In this document: positions 1 to 4,710 of the stretch, piece after piece
How positions within the stretch are numbered: the stretch's first letter is position 1
Layout: each line of letters opens with the position of its first letter
IMG/VR virus record: IMGVR_UViG_2541047121_000025
Length of the DNA stretch: 4,710 nt
Source: a virus
Taxonomy: Duplodnaviria; Heunggongvirae; Uroviricota; Caudoviricetes
Direction: 5' to 3' (one strand)
Notes under the pieces: generated by a model
Databases searched by the model: none
Seen by the model: the letters and a program-made list of their open reading frames with translations, nothing else
What the model was told of the DNA's origin: nothing
Position numbers and translations under genes: made by a program

Positions 1-70
1 ACTCTGTACAGGATTATGTAGTTAGGGTGGGTCACGATCTCTCCCAATCCAGAAACCCGTTCGCTTGGTG
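1..70. repeat. 70-bp direct repeat, copy A (69/70 identical to 239-308); corresponds to an internal segment of the toxin gene, lying immediately left of the left operator
   Basis: Positions 1-70 match 239-308 with one mismatch (44 c vs 282 t). Similarity ends at 71/309. Copy A begins at the window edge, so its true left boundary is unknown. Confidence 0.9.
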
Positions 71-75
71 TATGT

Positions 76-120
76 AATCTACAATAAAAAACTGTTTTTG
101 TGTCAACAGTTTTTAATTGT
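76..120 (-). promoter_or_regulatory. Left operator/promoter unit (OL/pL-like): imperfect inverted repeat ACAATAAAAAACTGT-N10-ACAGTTTTTAATTGT with candidate leftward promoter
   Basis: Arms of 15 bp at 81-95 and 106-120; the left arm is identical to the 15-mer at 1116-1130. On the minus strand a consensus -35 TTGACA (plus 101-106) and a -10-like TAGATT (plus 76-81) are separated by 19 bp. The whole unit is about 90 percent identical to the right unit when reverse-complemented. Promoter assignment is inference. Confidence 0.5.
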
Positions 121-130
121 TGTTTTGGGC

Positions 131-153
131 AAAAAAATCCCTCGAAAGAGGGA
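131..153 (-). terminator. Rho-independent terminator for the leftward regulator-antitoxin-toxin operon
   Basis: On the minus strand: 6-bp stem TCCCTC / GAGGGA with a 4-nt loop (plus 138-153) followed by a run of 7 T (plus 131-137 is AAAAAAA). It lies 18 nt downstream of the toxin stop codon at 172-174. Confidence 0.6.
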
Positions 154-171
154 GTATGAAAATTGTTCAAC

Positions 172-459
172 TCAGATAGAGAAGGGAAATTGTCGCCGAG
201 AATGTGTCACGCTTACAATCTCAATGCTTGAAGCAGCTACTCTGTACAGGATTATGTAGTTAGGGTGGGTCACGATCTCTCTCAATCCAGAAACCCGTTC
301 GCTTGGTGGATATAAGTACGGATGCTCAGATAGAGGTAATACCGATGTTTCAATGCGTATTTTTAGTCTACGTGCTGCCGGTGGGTTCTCCTTGGCGATG
401 TAAGTTATGATCTGGCGCAAATCATCGCGAGCAGACGGTAGCCATAAAATGGGTAACAT
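172..459 (-). CDS. parE2: Type II toxin, ParE/RelE superfamily (ParE2-like), 95 aa
   Basis: Complete ORF. The core REIVTHPNYIILYRV and the C-terminal IEIVSVTHSRRQ match the ParE/RelE fold pattern as I recall it. Its ATG overlaps the stop of the upstream antitoxin ORF (TAATG at 457-461), typical of translationally coupled toxin-antitoxin pairs. Family assigned from memory, not from a search. Confidence 0.8.
   Translation of the reverse strand: MLPILWLPSARDDLRQIITYIAKENPPAARRLKIRIETSVLPLSEHPYLYPPSERVSGLREIVTHPNYIILYRVAASSIEIVSVTHSRRQFPFSI
239..308. repeat. 70-bp direct repeat, copy B, inside the toxin gene (about codons 51-74)
   Basis: Partner of 1-70. On the minus strand it encodes PPSERVSGLREIVTHPNYIILYRV. 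The single mismatch would change R to G if copy A were read in the same frame. Confidence 0.9.
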
Positions 460-650
460 TACTCGCTCTTGTTAGTTACAGCAATTTGAGCAATAAGATT
501 TTCCATTTCAGCCATTACCTCGTCATGTGGAATTGCGGGGCGAGTGTCTGCAAGGCTTGACGTTACTTTAGTGCGCAACCATTCGTTGTAACTGTTTTCT
601 TGTTCGGTAGTTTCGAATTCTGAAACTATCGGAGAAAGGGCTGTACCCAT
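459..650 (-). CDS. paaA2: Small antitoxin (PaaA2-like), 63 aa, partner of the ParE toxin
   Basis: Complete 63-aa ORF directly upstream of and overlapping the toxin start. Minus-strand Shine-Dalgarno GAGGAG sits about 8 nt before the ATG at 650. The motif ALSPIVSEFETTEQENSYNEWLR matches my recollection of PaaA2; identity with the named protein is unverified. Confidence 0.75.
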   Translation of the reverse strand: MGTALSPIVSEFETTEQENSYNEWLRTKVTSSLADTRPAIPHDEVMAEMENLIAQIAVTNKSE

Positions 651-677
651 GGCATAACTCCTCTTCTTGTACTGTGG

Positions 678-1079
678 TCACGCCCGGCGGCTTTTTTGTG
701 CCGCCAGCCACCTAGCAATGGTTTCTTCCATTGATTTTTTCTTGTCTTTGATTTCTTGAAGCATTTTTTCTTGGTCTTCCTCAGGAAACGCACTAAAAGC
801 TTGGAGCAGTTCGCGTTGGCGAGGACCAATTTTCATCGTGTCAGGGGTGAAAATTTGCTCACACTCTTCAGGAGGCAATAAAAACCAATGCAATGGATGC
901 CCTGAAACCTCAACCAGTTTATCCAAACTTGAGGCTTTAGGTGTAGCCTTACCGCTGACCCATTGTTGAACAGTTTGTTGTGTCACACCAATTCTACGGG
1001 CAAGCTCAGCCTGGCTCCATCCAGTTTCCTGAAGAAGCTTGCTGATTCTGTACATAGATACTTCTAGGGCGCTCATCAT
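678..1079 (-). CDS. paaR2: HTH (XRE/Cro-CI type) transcriptional regulator, PaaR2-like; probable repressor in the cI position
   Basis: 133-aa ORF with a helix-turn-helix signature ELARRIGVTQQTVQQWVSG near the N-terminus. It is the first gene of the leftward operon and is divergent from the Cro-like gene across a 108-bp operator region. Start is uncertain (ATG at 1079, 1076 or 1055; no clear Shine-Dalgarno, so possibly leaderless). Confidence 0.8.
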   Translation of the reverse strand: MMSALEVSMYRISKLLQETGWSQAELARRIGVTQQTVQQWVSGKATPKASSLDKLVEVSGHPLHWFLLPPEECEQIFTPDTMKIGPRQRELLQAFSAFPEEDQEKMLQEIKDKKKSMEETIARWLAAQKSRRA

Positions 1080-1115
1080 TATTCAATTTTACAGGTAAAT
1101 ACTGTTAAAAGCATC

Positions 1116-1159
1116 ACAATAAAAAACTGTTGATTGCATACAGTTTTTTATTGTAGGTT
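1116..1159 (+). promoter_or_regulatory. Right operator/promoter unit (OR/pR-like): perfect inverted repeat ACAATAAAAAACTGT-N9-ACAGTTTTTTATTGT with candidate rightward promoter
   Basis: Perfect 15-bp inverted arms at 1116-1130 and 1140-1154. Candidate -35 TTGATT at 1130-1135 and -10-like TAGGTT at 1154-1159 with an 18-bp spacer; an alternative -10 TATAGT lies at 1165-1170. A candidate leftward -10 TAAAAT (plus 1086-1091) would place the regulator transcript start at its ATG. Promoter elements are inferred. Confidence 0.55.
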
Positions 1160-1187
1160 TTGCTTATAGTTTTTAGAGGAGGGCAAA

Positions 1188-1460
1188 ATGCTAGATAGCA
1201 CTCGCGAAAAAATTAGGCAGAAATACACTCAGGCTGAAATAGGTCGTTATATGGGGGTCGCTCAACAGACTGTTTGGCAATGGTTTAGCTTTGGCGTTCC
1301 CCCAAAGCAGGTAATTCCGTTATGCCAACTAATGAAGTGGGAAGTTACCCCGCATGAAATCCGCCCAGATATTTATCCTAACCCAACCGACGGTTTACCT
1401 GTTGGATGTAAGGTTAACACATCAAATGCGCCGGAGTTGATTCATGAAAATCAAGCATGA
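1188..1460 (+). CDS. ydaS: Cro-like DNA-binding protein, YdaS family, 90 aa
   Basis: Strong Shine-Dalgarno AGAGGAGGG at 1175-1183. HTH-like GVAQQTVWQW and a conserved RPDIYP motif typical of YdaS/Cro-like proteins of Rac-type prophages. Divergent from the repressor gene. Confidence 0.8.
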   Translation: MLDSTREKIRQKYTQAEIGRYMGVAQQTVWQWFSFGVPPKQVIPLCQLMKWEVTPHEIRPDIYPNPTDGLPVGCKVNTSNAPELIHENQA

Positions 1461-1869
1461 ACACATCCGCATGGCGATGAATGCCTGGGCGCATCCGGAC
1501 GGCGAAAAAGTACCGGCTGCGAAAATTACCAAAGCGTATTTCGAGCTGGGAATGACGTTCCCGGAACTGTATGACGACAGCCATCCGGAAGCCATGGCTC
1601 GCAATACTCAGAAAATTTTCCGCTGGGTGGAGAAAGACACTCCTGATGCGGTTAAAAAAATTCAGGCGTTGTTACCAGCGATCGAAAAAGCGATGCCGCC
1701 TCCGCTGGTGGCCCGAATGCGCAGCCACAGTTCCGCTTATTTTCGGGAGTTGGTAGAGACGAAGGAACGGCTGGTGAAAGATATTGATGATTTCGTTGCA
1801 TCAGCGATCGTTCTGTTCGATCAGATGAATCGTGGTGGCCCGGCAGGAAACACTCTGGCTGTGCATTAA
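1444..1869 (+). CDS. ydaT: CII-like regulator, YdaT family, 141 aa
   Basis: N-terminus MKIKHEHI and overall size match the YdaT family as I recall it. GGAG lies 9 nt upstream; the start overlaps the end of ydaS by 17 nt. The position after the cro-like gene mirrors cII in lambda. Confidence 0.75.
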   Translation: MKIKHEHIRMAMNAWAHPDGEKVPAAKITKAYFELGMTFPELYDDSHPEAMARNTQKIFRWVEKDTPDAVKKIQALLPAIEKAMPPPLVARMRSHSSAYFRELVETKERLVKDIDDFVASAIVLFDQMNRGGPAGNTLAVH

Positions 1870-1882
1870 TTGGGTAATAAAT

Positions 1883-2392
1883 ATGAGTAATGACAAAAAA
1901 TTGACACTGAGCGTTTACGAAAACAGTCCGCACATCTGGCGTGGCGGTTTATCTGATGTGGAGCTGGCAGAGTGGTTGATACATAAAGCTAATGCGCTGC
2001 TCTGGCGTTTGTCAGCCAGAGAACAGCGCAAGGAAACCAGAATAAAGCTGGCTGATGCAGAAGCGTGTGCCGGGCTTATTGAGGATTATACAAATCTTGG
2101 TATTTCTTCAGCAGAGAGTGATCCCATTCAGCCTCTGAGCAGGGAGTCAATCCAGCACGCTGGTTGTATGGCACATCTTGTAACTGCTCGTCAACATGAG
2201 GTGGGTATTGGATCACTTCCGGCGGGATATTCGCTGATTCCAGAGCTGGTTGAAGCAAGAAAATCAGTTCAGAAAAAGAGAGATGACGCACTTCAATTAT
2301 TGAGAGAGCACTATGGCGCGATACCAGAATGCGAACAGCGTCGATACCCTGAAGGTTATGAATGGATGCAGTCTCTTTTTGAAGTTCGCTAA
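1883..2392 (+). CDS. Hypothetical protein, 169 aa, no recognised domain; accessory gene between the cII-like and replication genes
   Basis: ATG at 1883 is 14 nt after the ydaT stop (the ORF track extends to 1832 but there is no in-frame ATG before 1883). First-codon-position composition is gene-like (G about 34 percent, T about 17 percent), whereas the overlapping minus-strand ORF has the reverse bias. No strong Shine-Dalgarno. Predicted largely helical. Confidence 0.6.
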   Translation: MSNDKKLTLSVYENSPHIWRGGLSDVELAEWLIHKANALLWRLSAREQRKETRIKLADAEACAGLIEDYTNLGISSAESDPIQPLSRESIQHAGCMAHLVTARQHEVGIGSLPAGYSLIPELVEARKSVQKKRDDALQLLREHYGAIPECEQRRYPEGYEWMQSLFEVR

Positions 2393-2609
2393 TCAATATG
2401 TCGAGACGAAGGTATGTTTCGGCGCGCAGCCAGGCTCTGTAATCCGGGAGCATTTCGGGGCTGTTACACCAGCGGTTTGTTGCTGCAACATTTAATACAT
2501 GAGCCTGATAAAGGCTTTTCAAAAAATACATGTCGAACCTCCTCTGGTTCTGTCGATTGGGAACCACAGATTATATCCGGAGGAAGGTTCGGCACCAGAT
2601 GAGGTAGCC

Positions 2610-3701
2610 ATGCGTGATTACGCAAAAGTTTCTCCGCGATTCTGGCTGGGAGAAACGGGGAGAGAACTTAGAAAGGCGGGTGCAGAAGCGCAAGTTGTTG
2701 CTTTTTACCTGATGACATCCCCTCACGCAAATATGCTGGGTTTGTATTACCTGCCAGTTTTATACCTTGCTCATGAAACCGGGCTTGGTCTGGAAGGGGC
2801 TTCAAAGGGGCTTAAAAGGGCTGTTGAAGCTGGTTTTTGTAGCTATGACCATGATGCAGAGATGGTCTGGGTCCATGAAATGGCAGCCTGGCAGGTTGGG
2901 GAAACGTTGAAGCCTGGCGATAACCGTTGTGCAGGTGTCAGGAATGAGTATGCATCATTACCTGAAAACGCTTTTCTGTCAGTGTTTTACGACAGATATA
3001 AAACGGATTTCCATCTGGATGTGAGGCGGAATAATAGCCGAAATTCGGTAAGGGGCTTCGAAGGGGCTTTTAAGGGGCTTCGAAGCCAAGAACAGGAACA
3101 GGAGCAGGAGAAAGAACAGGAACAGGACAAAAACACTATGGTTCATGGCAAAAAAAACACCACGAACCAGGCAGGGGATGTTCAGACCGTCAATCCTGGT
3201 CAGCCAGCAGGCACGACACCGGAAGCCGATTCGGGCGCTGTGCAGCAGGTGATGACCGCAGGGTCGGAGCAATCACACCAACTGCAGCAGCCTGAAGCCG
3301 ATTCCGCCATTCAGCGGGAAGCCGATCGGGTAGTCCCGGAAAGCACCGGGCAGTCTGTGGGACGAGTGGATTATCCGGATGTGTTCGAACAGGTCTGGCG
3401 GGAATACCCGTTGCGTGCTGGGGCAAACCCGAAGAAATCCGCTTTCAGTGCCTGGAAGGCCAGATTGCGCGAGGGGGTGCCACCAGAGACCATGCTGGAT
3501 GGTGTGAGGCGTTACGCGAGATACCTGGCGGCGACCGGGAAAGCGGGAACGGAATTTGTTCAGCGAGCGACGACGTTTTTTGGGCCGGACCGGAATTTTG
3601 AAAACCCCTGGTTGCTCCCGGTAAGCGGCACGAACAACCAGCGTTGTGTGAATCATATTTCTGAACCGGATACCGAAATTCCGCCGGGATTCAGGGGGTG
3701 A
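2610..3701 (+). CDS. Replication initiator/organiser, lambda O-like or YdaU-like, with internal candidate iterons and an EQ-rich linker
   Basis: GAGG Shine-Dalgarno at 2601-2604 before ATG 2610. The N-terminal segment MRDYAKVSPRFWLGETGRELRK...LGLYYLPVLYLAHETG and the C-terminal segment YPDVFEQVWREYPLRAGANPKKSAFSAWKARL look like phage replication-initiator domains (assigned from memory). An in-frame ATG at 2499 is an alternative start but has no Shine-Dalgarno. The gene is followed within 7 nt by a DnaC-like gene. Confidence 0.8.
   Translation: MRDYAKVSPRFWLGETGRELRKAGAEAQVVAFYLMTSPHANMLGLYYLPVLYLAHETGLGLEGASKGLKRAVEAGFCSYDHDAEMVWVHEMAAWQVGETLKPGDNRCAGVRNEYASLPENAFLSVFYDRYKTDFHLDVRRNNSRNSVRGFEGAFKGLRSQEQEQEQEKEQEQDKNTMVHGKKNTTNQAGDVQTVNPGQPAGTTPEADSGAVQQVMTAGSEQSHQLQQPEADSAIQREADRVVPESTGQSVGRVDYPDVFEQVWREYPLRAGANPKKSAFSAWKARLREGVPPETMLDGVRRYARYLAATGKAGTEFVQRATTFFGPDRNFENPWLLPVSGTNNQRCVNHISEPDTEIPPGFRG
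2781..2823. repeat. Iteron-like cluster 1: GGGGCTT-type motif at 11-bp spacing
   Basis: GGGGCTT at 2796 and 2807, GGGCTG at 2818 and GGGCTT at 2781. The three phased copies fall in three different codon phases of the initiator gene. Confidence 0.45.
3050..3087. repeat. Iteron-like cluster 2: AAGGGGCTT x3 at 11-bp spacing with an embedded 12-bp palindrome GGCTTCGAAGCC; candidate replication origin core
   Basis: GGGGCTT at 3052, 3063 and 3074, again in three different codon phases. The palindrome GGCTTCGAAGCC is at 3076-3087. A purine-rich, A-rich tract follows directly (3088-3160). Confidence 0.45.
3090..3131 (+). repeat. Hexanucleotide tandem repeat (GAACAG-like x7) encoding an EQEQEQEKEQEQDK linker
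   Basis: Read directly: gaacag gaacag gagcag gagaaa gaacag gaacag gacaaa, in frame with the initiator gene. Confidence 0.85.
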
Positions 3702-3707
3702 TGTGGC

Positions 3708-4454
3708 ATGAAAAACATTGCGGCAGCCGGGGTTCTTGAACGTATTCGCAGACTTGCACCACAGGCGTCGGTTCCACCGTACCGGACGGTGGAGGAGTGG
3801 CGGGAATGGCAACTTGCTGAAGGACGAAAACGCAGCGAGGAGATTAACCGCCAGAATCACCAGTTGCGGGTGGAAAAAATCCTGAATCGTTCGGGCATCC
3901 AGCCTCTGCACAGCAAATGCTCGTTTGCGAATTATCAGGTGCAGAACGACGGGCAAAAATACGCGCTGAGCCAGGCCAAATCCATAGCTGACGAACTGAT
4001 GACCGGGTGCACGAATTTTGTGTTCAGCGGTAAAACCGGCACCGGGAAAAATCACCTTGCAGCGGCGATGGGTAACCGGCTGATGGCGAAGGGGCGCAGC
4101 GTGATTATCGTCACCGTGTCTGATGTCATGAGCGTGTTGCATGACAGCTACGACAACGGCAAATCCGGGGAAAAATTTTTACAGGAGCTTTGCAGTGTTG
4201 ATTTGCTGGTCCTGGATGAAATAGGCGTTCAGCGGGAGACGAAAAACGAGCAGGTGGTATTACACCAGATAATTGATCGCCGGACAGCATCACTGTGCAG
4301 TGTCGGGATGTTAACAAACCTGAATCATGCCGCAATGAGTACACTTCTTGGTGAGAGGATTATGGACCGCATGACCATGAACGGTGGTCGATGGGTGACG
4401 TTTAACTGGGATAGCTGGCGTCCAAATGTCAGCAATATGAGGGTTGTGAAGTAA
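3708..4454 (+). CDS. DnaC-like helicase loader (AAA+, IstB/DnaC family; YdaV-like replication protein), 248 aa
   Basis: Walker A GKTGTGKNHLAAAMG at about 4030-4075 and Walker B LLVLDEIG at about 4204-4227. A G-rich Shine-Dalgarno AGGGGG lies upstream of ATG 3708. It directly follows the initiator gene, as the P/DnaC-type gene does in lambdoid replication modules. Confidence 0.9.
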   Translation: MKNIAAAGVLERIRRLAPQASVPPYRTVEEWREWQLAEGRKRSEEINRQNHQLRVEKILNRSGIQPLHSKCSFANYQVQNDGQKYALSQAKSIADELMTGCTNFVFSGKTGTGKNHLAAAMGNRLMAKGRSVIIVTVSDVMSVLHDSYDNGKSGEKFLQELCSVDLLVLDEIGVQRETKNEQVVLHQIIDRRTASLCSVGMLTNLNHAAMSTLLGERIMDRMTMNGGRWVTFNWDSWRPNVSNMRVVK

Positions 4455-4475
4455 TTTTGTCCGGAGGAAATTTTA

Positions 4476-4710
4476 ATGGAAACCGTATCTGACGCACTGA
4501 AAGCACTGAAAAAAGCCTCTTCACATGTGGTGGCAGCTCGCCTTGGAATCAGTCGTGAAGAGGCTGTCAACGAGCTGTGGGAACTCAAAATAAATGGCGT
4601 CGTTGATAAAACTGGTCACACCTGGTTTCTGGCTGGCGAAGGTGAATCCCGGGTAACCGAAGAGCGGCCAGTAAAATCTGAAGCACAGGATATGCTGACC
4701 AGGGAGGTCG
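4476..4710 (+). CDS. Hypothetical protein, 5' part only (runs off the window end); possible winged-helix DNA-binding fold
   Basis: GGAGG at 4463-4467 then ATG 4476; open to the window end (78 codons, METVSDALKALKKASSHVVAARLGISREEAVNELWELKINGVV...). It is missing from the ORF track because no stop codon is inside the window. The fold guess is weak. Confidence 0.6.
   Translation, partial: METVSDALKALKKASSHVVAARLGISREEAVNELWELKINGVVDKTGHTWFLAGEGESRVTEERPVKSEAQDMLTREV

Noticed and set aside
65-259. Plus-strand 64-aa ORF spanning the left operator, the terminator and the toxin 3' end
   Set aside because: It runs through the operator palindrome and terminator hairpin and is antisense to the toxin gene. 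The sequence is low-complexity with no ribosome-binding site. Read as a shadow ORF.
1-476. Simple 238-bp tandem duplication as the origin of the 70-bp repeat
   Set aside because: Sequence following copy A (71 onward) does not match sequence following copy B (309 onward), so there is no second copy of the intervening unit inside the window. Duplication extending left of the window cannot be excluded.
686-705. Hairpin GGCGGC-ttttttgt-GCCGCC near the 3' end of the regulator gene
   Set aside because: The T-run is in the loop, not after the stem on either strand, so it is not an intrinsic terminator. It lies inside coding sequence (encoding ...AAQKSRRA) and is probably incidental.
626-829. Minus-strand 67-aa ORF overlapping the regulator gene
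   Set aside because: Out-of-frame overlap with the well-supported HTH regulator; a highly basic, lysine/arginine-rich sequence typical of an alternate-frame artefact.
1422-1933. Short ORFs 1422-1604 (minus), 1571-1756 (plus) and 1652-1933 (minus) overlapping ydaT
   Set aside because: Alternate-frame or antisense overlaps of the ydaT-like gene with no independent support.
2076-2567. Minus-strand 163-aa ORF antisense to the 169-aa gene, with a strong AGGAGG plus ATG at 2531
   Set aside because: Across the overlap its first-codon positions are C-rich (about 34 percent) and G-poor, the mirror image of the gene-like bias on the plus strand, so it is most likely a shadow of the plus-strand gene. 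Only the ribosome-binding site and the first 46 codons lie outside the overlap. Kept as a note in the gap finding rather than called as a gene.
2414-2602. Plus-strand 62-aa arginine-rich ORF in the gap
   Set aside because: No properly spaced ribosome-binding site (AAGG abuts the ATG), atypical composition, and it is out of frame with the initiator gene.
2499-2609. N-terminal extension of the initiator from an in-frame ATG at 2499
   Set aside because: No Shine-Dalgarno upstream of 2499, whereas ATG 2610 has GAGG at the correct spacing. Kept as an alternative start because the codon composition of the extension is not clearly non-coding.
2781-3087. Possibility that the GGGGCTT repeats are a CRISPR array or a protein-level repeat
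   Set aside because: Units are 11 bp with no spacers, and they lie inside a gene, so this is not a CRISPR array. The copies occupy three different codon phases, which argues against a purely protein-level repeat.
2979-4588. Long minus-strand ORFs (2979-3272, 3190-3426, 3273-4142, 4126-4344, 4325-4588)
   Set aside because: All are antisense to the well-supported initiator and helicase-loader genes, arginine/proline/histidine-rich, and without ribosome-binding sites. Typical shadow ORFs.

Overview
This window reads as the immunity and early-replication region of a Rac-like lambdoid prophage from an enterobacterium. All calls are from reading the sequence and recalling protein families; no searches were run. 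Leftward (minus strand) there is a three-gene operon: an HTH regulator, a 63-aa antitoxin and a ParE/RelE-family toxin, resembling the PaaR2-PaaA2-ParE2 module. It sits between two near-identical operator/promoter units at about 76-120 and 1116-1159 and ends at an intrinsic terminator at 131-153. Rightward (plus strand) the early operon runs Cro-like YdaS, CII-like YdaT, an unrecognised 169-aa protein, a 217-bp gap, an O-like replication initiator, a DnaC-like helicase loader, and the start of a further gene. The most unusual features are: (1) a 70-bp direct repeat that copies an internal piece of the toxin gene to the point where the predicted leftward early transcript would start; (2) a toxin-antitoxin operon occupying the repressor slot between the two operators; (3) a GGGGCTT motif at exact 11-bp spacing inside the initiator gene, read in all three codon phases, which is a candidate origin; (4) the unrecognised gene plus gap at a position that is usually tightly packed.
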